NCBI RefSeq assembly: GCF_022045235.1
Contig: NW_027266268.1
Coordinates: 22,382,001 to 22,446,000 of the forward strand
Reading direction: 5' to 3'
Length of the DNA: 64,000 nt
From: Haliotis cracherodii
Taxonomy: Eukaryota
Shown here in pieces: positions 1 to 10,120 of the stretch (its first letter is position 1; each line of letters starts with the position of its first letter). The position numbers were made by a program, and so were the translations under genes. The notes under the pieces are model-generated. The model was not told the DNA's origin, searched no databases, and saw only the letters and a program-made list of their open reading frames with translations.

Positions 1-1795
1 GAAAATTTATCAATAAAACCCGTAGCGTTTAATAGATGTCCTAAAACCATATTAGTAAATTTCTTTCTTACCCTTGCTACACTTTTCCACTGTCTGACAA
101 CAGGCGGTATCCATATGCACATGTATACAGATAGGGGAAAGTGCCACAACGTATTTAACCATGCGTGAAGCAGGCGCCCCATTTACAACAATACGTGACA
201 TAAACTGTGAAAAAAACATTCCCAAACATTATCTGAATAAAGGCGTTCCGAGAGAGAATCAAATTAATCGTGTATGGCAAATTATTCTATTTTGTATTTC
301 ACATAATTGCGTTCAAAGGAATAAACGGCTTTAATTCTGATGTTAACTTTTATTCACGGTTTATGAAAATTGTCGTTTGGAAATTATTTCCTTTCAACTT
401 GGTCAAAGAGCACTAACTTTGAAATAGCGTTAATGGCATTTTTCACAGCAGCGATATGCCACGTGCTTTTTATGCAAAGGAAGTCAAACTAAGTATTTAC
501 AACTAATGTCAATTAATGACAACGTGTAATTAATCAATTACATTAATTGCTTGTTTCAAAATTTACCTAAAGGTTATAAATAACAAGCGTTTTTAGAATC
601 CATGTTCCGCGTGTCAGACGTTGCCGATCCAATTTTTAAATAAACCTGCCAACAAACACACCGAAACTGACACGTTTTGAAAGAGATTGACAAGTAAGGT
701 ACAATAGTGTCAGCGACGACTTGCCACGGTGGCGGACTAATCTGATCGAATGACGCAATTAACTCTAATCAAGTCAAGTGGCCATTGTCTGGCGAGAGGA
801 TGGAGACAAAATTAACGGCTTATAACGCTTAGACCAATGATCCGTGAAACAGAGCGATGTAAACATACTTGAGTAGACTCGAGTTCCCAGGCATGACCGT
901 GAGAGGGTTAACAGTGCCTGGGAAGTATGGGACGCTAGCTGTAGAACAAAGCTGTGTCTTCATTTAGTTGTTTAAGTATACTTATATATTTCCGTACGAT
1001 TTATTTATTTATTTGTGTTTTTATTATATATTCATTCATTTATTTGTGTTTTTATTATTTATTTATTTATTGCGAATTTATTTTTTAAAAATTGGTGCTT
1101 TTATTTATTTATTTATATATTTATTTATTTTAATAATAGAGCTCTAATACATAAAACAACAATACCAAAATCTACTAATATGAAATATATTTTCTAACTT
1201 TACAATTATAAAGCACGTTTTGGTTGTGAGATAAACATGTGCATGTCCTTTATCAAAATACTTTCTCACTGTCATGACACAACCGGTTCTCCTTCAATCA
1301 TCAAAGCCCGAATCCCAGTTCTATCCGCGTACTTAGATGGATGAATTGAACCGATATGAGCTAATCATCGACACCATTAAAAAGCAACGTTTTTAAATGT
1401 CAGTTTTGATTTGTACATCGCTGTGCATACCACGGACTTGATGAACCTTGCGCATGTGAACAGCGCAGCCAAATACATGACCTGTGTATTAAAAAACGCC
1501 AACAATAGCAGGGTTCAAAATGCATACCACGACAGCACAACAACCAGGCTGAATTTGCCTTTTTCTAATTCACACCTGAAGCGTTACCTATGCCAGCCTC
1601 TAACCTACCTATATGACTGCTTTACACACAGGTAAGTATGTATATGTACCCGTCTGTGTTCACACCCGGATTTGTCATACCAGAGGAATTTCTGCCCTAG
1701 TCTCCTCGTGGGGAAGTGGCTCGTCTCTATGAAACCATCCTACAATGCATTTGAAATGTAATATATATTCCTGTATATATATATATATATATATA

Positions 1796-1918
1796 CTACT
1801 CAAAAGAACTTTAGGATCAGCAGATTCTTTCAAATTACTATTGTAAATCTGTAATGGCATGAAAGATAAACGATAGTAATAGAAAATAATTGGGTGATCC
1901 TTAACTTCTTTTGAGTAG
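1796..1918. mobile_element. Tc1/mariner-type MITE in (TA)n
   Basis: TIR CTACTCAAAAGAACTTTAGGATCA / TGATCCTTAACTTCTTTTGAGTAG, TA flanks. Confidence 0.75.
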
Positions 1919-1972
1919 TATATATTGCCATCTAGATATAGAACAATCAGGACCGAAACACAGTGTCATTTA

Positions 1973-2203
1973 AACTGCCGGGAAAAGAAAATATACACTT
2001 AAAAAAATAAAATTAATAATTAAAATTTGACCAGAAATTACAAATGTTATCGTAACGTTCCTAGTCTGAAAACAGTCGCCGAACCAATACAATCCAAACT
2101 ATGATCCCCGTATGAAAAACTTCACCAATGAATAACAATTTCTTGTTTGTTTTATGTTTAGCCAGCATCAAACATGGATGTATACTTTCTTTTCCCGACA
2201 GTG
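1973..2203. mobile_element. Tc1/mariner-type MITE
   Basis: TIR ACTGCCGGGAAAAGAAAATATACA / TGTATACTTTCTTTTCCCGACAGT. Confidence 0.7.
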
Positions 2204-2311
2204 TGTGGTGAAAACCCTTCAAGCCGTATACTTCGGATAGTCAGTAAACTTCACTATTAACAGACAAGCGGAATACTTGGACATGAATCCCAAAAGTATC
2301 AAGATATTTTG

Positions 2312-2565
2312 GGTTGATTGGTTGGTTGGTTTGATGTTTAACGCCGCACTCAGCAATAGTCCAGCTATATGACGGCGCTCTGTAAATAATCGAGTCTGGA
2401 CCAGATAAATTCAGTGATTAATATCACGAGCATCGATCGACGCAATTGGGATCGATGATATGCATAAAACCAAGTCAGCGAGCCTGACCACCCGATCCCG
2501 TTAGTCGCCTCTTACGGCAAGCATGGGTTGCTGAAGACCTATTCTACCCCGGAATTTCACGGGTC
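2312..2565 (-). mobile_element. SINE-like family A (non-tRNA head with GTCGTAAGAGGCGACTAA hairpin; tail GCTGGAATATTGCTGAGTGCGGCGTTAAA plus (CAAA)n-like)
   Basis: Over 10 homologous copies in the window. Confidence 0.85.
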
Positions 2566-2981
2566 AGATGATTTGGGAGTTGTGTACATGCTGTGCCGCA
2601 AGCCACGTGCTAGTCTGTCTTACAGACCCTGATACAAATAAATATCAAATATAGCCCATGCAAGTCTATAATGTTTGGCAAGTCTAGATCACTGCAGTAT
2701 CTGAAAATGAAGAGAGTCACTGGGCTCCTTTTTATTATATTTTTATTAAGATAACTGAACAACTGTTTTTATGTACGATATGTTCATTTCAGAGACTAGA
2801 TTTTAGTCTAGCCACGTGCATGCCACGTGTAATATACGATAATGATAGGCTATACATGTGTACATAACGAAGCACCTGCTCGTGTATGTCAATTTACTTA
2901 TCCGTATTAACCATAAACCCATGATTCACCATCAATGTGCAAAAGGACAAGCGAGTGCATGTTGTATTATGTCGCAGCCGC

Positions 2982-3232
2982 TGTTTGTTTGTTTGTTGTT
3001 TAACGCCGACCTCAACAATATTCCAGCTTCATGACGGTGGTCTGTAAATAATCGAGTCTGGACCAGACAATCCAGTGATTCACATCATGAGCATCGATCC
3101 ACGCAATTGGGATACGATGACATGCATCAACCAAGTCAGCGAGCCTGACCACCCGATCCCGTTAATCGCCTCATATGACAAGCATAGTCGCCTTTAACGA
3201 CAAGTAAAAGTCGCCTCTTTACGGCAAGCATG
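2982..3232 (-). mobile_element. SINE-like family A copy
   Basis: Homologous to 2312-2565; head hairpin unit triplicated. Confidence 0.85.
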
Positions 3233-3542
3233 GCCGCAGCTGCTGTGAGTAATCGAGTGTGGACCATGCGAAATAATGGGACTCTCTCTCTAGATTTACT
3301 TGTAAGGCTAGCTAGAAATACAAGCGGATTTAACTCTACAAAAAACAGCACAATAAAAGAATCGGGCTGTAGGCCGCCAGACACCAAAGTTTACTTTACT
3401 TTACAAAAGTGCAATTCTTGGAGTGTCTTACGACGAGCCTGGGGTTCCAGGGACTTAGTCTAGATCGGAATCCTAACAAGTCCTAATTATACAAGGGCCC
3501 CCGCATGAAGACCGGGTAAATAAGGTTTTACCGTCTCTGCTC

Positions 3543-3815
3543 CCCTGTGGGAGTCCGGGATAGAATAGGTCTTCAGCAACTCATGCTTGACGTAAGATGC
3601 GACTAACGGGAACGGGTGGTCAGGCTCGCTGACTTGTCTCATGAGTGTCATCGTATTCCAATTCCACATGCACATGCTTATGCTTATGGTGTCATTCACT
3701 GGATTGTCTGGTCCAGACTCGATTATTTACAGACCGCCGTCATATAGCTGGAATATTGATGAGTCTGGCTTTAAACATCAATCAATCAATTAAACAAACA
3801 AACAAACAAACAAGC
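3543..3815 (+). mobile_element. SINE-like family A copy
   Basis: Homology to the other copies; (CAAA)n tail. Confidence 0.85.
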
Positions 3816-4278
3816 AAAAGTTGTACTATGTAGTTAAACTGCGCTTGTGTCAGTGTGCACCAATGCAGCGGCGTTCGGACATCACTGTAACTGGCAGACA
3901 CTGCATTACGTCTGTCTGTGGACGTATCTGTTGATGTGTATGTAGATGGTGTCTTTTGACATGTCTGAAGGAGTGGACGTATCTGCTGACGTGTATGTCA
4001 ACGTGTCCGTGTCTGGGTCTGTAATTGGTGTCTGATGATAGGTGTCTGTGGCTATAGATGACTCTGTATATGGTACCTGTAATCGTCGTTGGTGTGTCAG
4101 ATACTGACGCAGTAATAGTAGCTGGTAGTAGTAGTAGACGCAGTAGCAGTAGTAATAGACGTAGACGTAGCATTAGCCGCAGTAATAAAAGCGACACTGT
4201 ATACATTTGCATTGTAGTAGTAGCCATGTATAGCAATGTGTATAGTAGTGGTTGTGGTAGTAGTAATGGTAGTGGTAG

Positions 4279-4435
4279 NNNNNNNNNNNNNNNNNNNNNN
4301 NNNNNNNNNNNNNNNNNNNNNNNNNNNNNNNNNNNNNNNNNNNNNNNNNNNNNNNNNNNNNNNNNNNNNNNNNNNNNNNNNNNNNNNNNNNNNNNNNNNN
4401 NNNNNNNNNNNNNNNNNNNNNNNNNNNNNNNNNNN
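4279..4435. other. Assembly gap
   Basis: Run of N. Confidence 1.
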
Positions 4436-4588
4436 GTTGCCATGTATATACACGAGGTAGTGGTGGTGGTGGTAGAAGACGTAGTAGTAATGTTTTTCAG
4501 TTACAGTGTTTTCGGATTTGTGTTCCATATTTGTTATTGTAAATCAACGTCATGGTGTAGTAGTAATAGTAGTTGTAATAGTAGAAGT

Positions 4589-4626
<38 letters not shown>

Positions 4627-5560
4627 CACTAAGACTAGTGTTTTTCAGTAACAATTAGGATCTGTTTTCCATATGTTATAAATCAGTCATATGTAGTAGT
4701 AGTAGTAGTAGTAGTAACAGTAGTTATAAATCAATGTCATGGTTTAGAACTGGTGTTAGTGTCGCCCGTCGTGCCACCTATCGGTAGTCCCAAGCCAGTC
4801 CCCGACCCCCCTTCAACACCGCCACAAGATTCCCCGTCGTTCTTATACATGCCAAGTTGCTCTCGGCGTCACCAGCCCCCCTTTCACCCGCCAAAAGCGG
4901 TGTCGGGTTCTATGCGGTTATTCAGCTATTTGGTCAACGAAGAATGGGCTTTACGCCTTCGTCGATATATATCACCCAAAGCCATAAATTGCCAAGACTG
5001 ACGCGACCGCTAAACATGCCATTTCAACAATGCACCAGTCTACGTCATTGTTTTCACCAACATATAACGCCGTGTAAGTAAAACAGTTCCGACAAGTCCA
5101 CACACAAGTTGAAAACGTTCCCCCCTCAAGAAAATAGAAAACAAATAACTTGACACGGCCCCTTTAATTCCCAGTGTAAACGGATAGCCCACACTAGCGA
5201 GCTGTGACGTAATAGTCGCGATAGGAACAAGTGGTTTACCCGCGCTATAGCGAGAAACAGTCACTCTTGGCCGACAGGGAGGCAGAGCTGTATCGACTGT
5301 CGTTCACACGCACTAACCCAAACCCCGTTATAAGCGGTGTCGGTCGAGGAATGTTGTCGGTTAAAGGGTATTATATAGATATATAGTGTACATGTTCAGT
5401 TGGTGATAGGCTGAAGCCTGATTTCTCCTCCCGAGCTTAAGATTCTCAGGCCACCAACCTCAAAGGCTGTCCGACGGGCGGGGCAGTTACGTCCAGTTGT
5501 TCTCCACATTCTATTACTTTGTCCTGCATACACCACAGGCCGAAGCCTGCGACTCAGGTT

Positions 5561-5568
5561 TTCCCACG
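5561..5568 (-). promoter_or_regulatory. CSL/RBPJ/Su(H) binding site CGTGGGAA upstream of Nrarp
   Basis: + strand TTCCCACG is a perfect YGTGRGAA consensus on -, about 380 bp upstream of the ATG of a known direct Notch target. Confidence 0.7.
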
Positions 5569-5603
5569 GTCAGCCGCTTGTGAATAAACTCCAGTATTAC
5601 ATT

Positions 5604-5720
5604 ATTGGACAAAGGTCGACCAATGAGAATCGTCGTCCCGCCAGCGAGGATTCCCTGTCCCCCATTCTGATTGGCTGGTTGGATCACAGGCATGTCAGTA
5701 CTGCTGCGCCTGAATAAATT
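5604..5720 (+). promoter_or_regulatory. Nrarp proximal promoter: three CCAAT boxes and an AT-rich TATA-like element
   Basis: ATTGG 5604-5608, CCAAT 5620-5624, ATTGG 5670-5674, TGAATAAATT 5711-5720, in a CpG-rich, repeat-free region. Confidence 0.5.
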
Positions 5721-5946
5721 TCTATTCGCACTGTGATGGTATCTAGCTGCAGGAAGGCCACATTTAATTCCTAGCTGACGAGGCGACACGACACGACTGC
5801 AGCGTTTTCTCTCCGTCACTGTGACTGTTCGTGATCCAGCTACCTGTAGACCTCAGTGAGACGTACTGTCACAGCGCTTCTTCTCCGTCAGTAGCTGTTG
5901 TGTTTGTAAACCTCGGTGAACGTTGCGACAGCCCAACCAGACCGAA

Positions 5947-6294
5947 ATGAGAATGAGCCACATGCCACCCCCCTCGATTTCGTCTTACCAAAAGACATTC
6001 CAAGAAGCAGTTCGAAGCGGAGACACGGGAGAACTCCAAAAAATACTGGAAGATCGGGATGGGAAAATTAACATTAACTTTTTTGACAAGGAGGGCCAGA
6101 CAGCCCTCCACCACAGCGTTCAGGATGGGAACTTAGAGCTTGTCAAGTTACTGGTGAAATTTGGAGCGGACATTAAACTAGCAAATAGGGACGGATGGTC
6201 TGCGTTTCACATTGCAGCTTTTGCTGGACATCAGGACATAATTCTTTACCTCCTCCACGCCGGGAGGATGTCGTCTGCTTCAGCTCGACGATAG
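5947..6294 (+). CDS. NRARP: Notch-regulated ankyrin repeat protein (Nrarp), intronless CDS, 115 aa (113 aa if ATG 5953 is used)
   Basis: Translation FQEAVRSGDTGELQKIL...EGQTALHHSVQDGNLELVKLLVKFGADIKLANRDGWSAFHIAAFAGHQDIILYLL closely matches vertebrate NRARP as recalled (EGQTALHQSVIDGNLELVKLLVKFGADIRLANRDGWSALHIAAFGGHQDIVLYL). Length ~114 aa also fits. The ORF-track start at 5923 is TTG; the first in-frame ATG is 5947. Confidence 0.96.
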   Translation: MRMSHMPPPSISSYQKTFQEAVRSGDTGELQKILEDRDGKININFFDKEGQTALHHSVQDGNLELVKLLVKFGADIKLANRDGWSAFHIAAFAGHQDIILYLLHAGRMSSASARR

Positions 6295-6526
6295 CAGACG
6301 ACAATGTGCTTCTTTCATAACCCAAAGAGAAGGACCCCGTCCGTCCGACCGGGTGCGGGTCCCGCCCATCACTAAAGTATATTCACGAGGATGAACCTTT
6401 CTGATGCAAATCAGACGTATCACTCTCTACCTCATCACGTCATGCCAGTATCTACGTGTGTCAGACCTCATTCTGTACTCGTTTGCATTCAGCAGCATCA
6501 CGAATCTAACCTCGCCTGTTCCAACT

Positions 6527-6534
6527 TTCCCACG
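6527..6534 (-). promoter_or_regulatory. Second perfect CSL site, downstream of the Nrarp stop
   Basis: TTCCCACG overlapping an N-box CACGAG, with a weaker TTCTCATG at 6540-6547. Confidence 0.4.
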
Positions 6535-9318
6535 AGACATTCTCATGGTGTCCTTCTGCCGGACAATTGCCTAGAACCGTGCGGAACCATAACAGGCTTC
6601 GTATGACAGATCCCCTCCTCTCCACAAGGAACCTGGACCCGCGAGGTGGGATCAACTAACTTTCAGTTAAAGCACTTGGACCAAGTGAGTGACATTTTTG
6701 TTGTTATAGGGCATCGTACGGCGACAAGACTTGTTATCGCCGAAGCCCACATCCGAGACAGTGTGTGTAGGGCATTCAATCACATGGCTGTGTAGCAGAC
6801 GACATTCTAGATGGAGACCTGCGATGTATATTTTATCATATTCGATACACTGAAACCATGCATTGTACAAATGACTGTGTTTATATTTCACCGTACTTCG
6901 TGTATGGAGTACATTCAACCAAGTTGAACCTGTGACATTTTGTCGTCTGCTCTACGACGACCAGACGACGTTAACTCGAAGTAACAGCGACCCTTGAAAA
7001 CCCCAGCAACAGTTCGATAGTGTTCCGTATACAGGTATTAGACAGTGCCTCGGGAACAGATAACTGACAGTTATGCTTTCAAGCATTACACCTTGAAATA
7101 ATATTTGTGTGTTTTCGTGGATTCAAGAAAGCCTGGAGCTGCCCATGTACCACGTGTTTTCACGGAGAACACACCGGGGACAAAAGTTGGGGAGAACTGA
7201 TATTTGGAGTTCGCTCCGCTTGCCCAGTAGCATCCCTACAATTCATACTGTGACAAAATTCCTGAAATAGTTTCTCGTATTGATTTATCACCTGCTAAAA
7301 GGTGAACGTTTTTTTTAAAGTCATGGACCCTTGTCATCAGATTCAATGTTAAATTTAAAATTTAAAATATTACAATATCTCATTCACGATTTATATTATA
7401 TCTTGGATCATTTTCAATGACACTTATTTCAATCAATTTCCTATAAATATGTTTGAAATTTGTCTAAATGTTTATGAAATACATAGAAACGCTCCCGTGT
7501 ATTAAGGTTCGAGGTTTATCTAATCTGTATGTGTTTGTAGGCCTGCTACAGCGTGTCCGTTGTCCCCTCTTCCCATATGTACACCCCGGCAAAGGAACAC
7601 TGACTCGTCTGTGATTGCCCACGTTTGTTATACCGGGGACCAAAACTTATCTTTGTGTGATGCACTCAACAGATTCAGTCGATTAAAACCACTCTGGATG
7701 GTGACAAAGTGATGATTCCATGCTGTGATTCGCAAGTTTCTCTGTCCTATTCAGCCGGGCCTGGCTGGTCGTCTGCTCAAGTGACGCAGACGATAGTTCA
7801 AACTCGTGAAAAACACAAGCCAGCCAGCAGCCTAGCTCGTCTGCTGTACACAGGAACTAGGCCACAAGAGCAACACGAATTCTGACTCTGTGATTTCAAA
7901 GCAAAAAAGGCCTCGCTAGCTAACCTGGTCTTTTTATGTACAGCTCCGGACTGTGTTAACTCTCTCTCAATTCCCGCCGATTTTCAGGCGCAGGAAAAGA
8001 GACTAGTTAAATATCCCCATAGGTATGTGTGGGTGCTCGAGATCTGATGTTTTAGAATGTTTCTAGGGAAAATTGTTAGTCCCTGATGAAGTATATTTGA
8101 AATGGATGTATCTTGAATGGGTGATTTGATCATGGATGTAATTGTGTAATCTTATTGAAATACGGCATTCGTCGTCACATTCCGACTCATTTTTAACGGA
8201 GGTATATATTTCCTGAGAGTTGCCTCTTCTTAAGTCGCATATTCCTTCCAGTAGCCGTTAAGTGAAGCTCCAGTGGTCCATGGATATAGCCACACAAGTC
8301 ATTGACCGAATTAATGAAATTGACATTTCTCTATCGTATTTACATGGTAATAATGTACGGTTATGCTTTAATCAGAGGCAGGTGTGGACTCGCGTTGTGC
8401 TACGTTAATACTGAGGAAGCTTTCATGTGCATTAATAAGATTCCAAGTTCACACGTGTTCTTTTTTATGTGCTAATTGTTGACAGATGTGATGGGTCAAA
8501 ATATTTATGTACACTGGATAGCAATTTGTTGAATATACTTTGCGCACGTGGTATTTTCGAGCGGACCTACAAATGGCACTTATTTTTTATGTCTATATTT
8601 TCAACGAAAAGCTCACTCTTTGATACATCCCGTTATTTCTTGCATCGTATTATCAATCGTGGTTTTGTTCCACCATTAAATGATATTTGGAAAGTTGCTC
8701 ATTTCTATACTTAAATCCATTTGCCTCACGTTACAAATAGCATTTTGATTTTTACACTGTATTCTAGAACTGTCGGTTTTTATGTAACCATCGAGCATTA
8801 AATATATTGTCATTTTCGTTTTTTTAGAAATACCTACATGCCTAAAATCGGTATAAGAACTTGTCACAGATCACTATTTTGTATCCGCCTGCCAAATTAT
8901 GAGTGTACTTTGAAACCAGCATTGTTATAGCACCAAGAAGTCAGCATGCGTACTTGTTAACCGAAACCCCTTTCAAGCAAATGGCTATTTGGATGACCGG
9001 TAAAGGGTTACCTGTTGCCCGGAGAGTGGGACTCCGCCTTAAGTACGGAGTGTGTAAAACGTTGCGTGTCTGTGTGTTTGTGTGTTTGTGTGTTTGTGTG
9101 AGAGTGTCAGGGTGTAATTCCTGGGTCGCGGACAAGTATGAATGGTATTTGGTGTAAATGAGCCCGAGCGTTGATTGTTAGGTCACGTGATCACGGGACT
9201 GAATTGTATGTATAAGCAAATAGCTGCTAAATGTACATTTTCACCTATTATTGTTGTACAGCTACTATAATATATTGTACGTTCAGGAGTAGCCTAACCT
9301 GGACGTGTATGACAGCAT

Positions 9319-9324
9319 AATAAA
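9319..9324 (+). terminator. Candidate polyadenylation signal AATAAA
   Basis: AATAAA preceded by several TGTA elements (9205-9310), with T-rich sequence downstream. Confidence 0.5.
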
Positions 9325-9969
9325 ACGCTGAACCTCTCGAAATGAAACTCTTGTCCTTTATCCCCATGGCTTGGTTAAAAATGCGATGTTAGCGCCTAGA
9401 CAAGCCTAACTCCCTGTATCGAATGATACTCACCAGAATGAGATGTGCTGGATGGATAAATCAGTATCTCGATTACTCGAAGTCTGATATCTCGAATGGC
9501 TTTCCTGTGCTGAGCTATTGTGAATGTAACAAGCATAAGTTGTTCAATCGCATTACCAGAATCTCTCGTACAATCAATGATCGTCATCTGACAGCGTTGT
9601 GTCTATTTGTATTGCGATAAATATGTATCGGACACTTTTTTAAAAGGGTGTTGTGCTGCACGTGTATTCCATGCACAACATGATGTACGTACTTAAGTAA
9701 GACAGGACGTATTGACAGCACATCGGCGGGATAGTTAGGTACTTCCTGGAATTGTATTAGACGATATATACCTTTATAGGTAGTATATTAGTGGTATAGT
9801 AACGTACTTGTCCTGCCTCGAATTGTCTTCTACGATATCCCTTTATTGATAATACAACGGGATAGTAAGGTACTGCCTAGAATTGTCTTTCAATATATAG
9901 ACAGTACATGAGCGGAATAGTAAGGTTCTTCCTACAGTTGTGTTCCACCGTACACCTTTAGAGACAGTA

Positions 9970-10120
9970 CATGCTTGCCGTAAGTGGCGACTAACGGGAT
10001 CGGGTGGTCAGGCTCACTTGTTGGGTGCATGTCATCGTATCCTAATTGCGTAGATCGATCTCATGGTGTCAGTCACTGGATTGTCTGGCCCAGACTCGAT
10101 TATTTGCGGCGTTAAACAGC
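9970..10120 (+). mobile_element. SINE-like family A partial copy inside the minisatellite flank
   Basis: GGCGACTAACGGGATCGGGTGGTCAGGCTC...GCGGCGTTAAAC. Confidence 0.8.

Larger units (their letters stand above)
6295..9350 (+). other. Putative long Nrarp 3' UTR
   Basis: About 3 kb of unique, transposon-free sequence after the stop, ending in a TGTA-rich stretch and AATAAA 9319-9324. Repeats resume shortly afterwards. Confidence 0.5.

Noticed and set aside
8083-8103. Hammerhead-like core CTGATGA...GAAA
   Set aside because: Stems I, II and III and the NUH cleavage site could not be formed.
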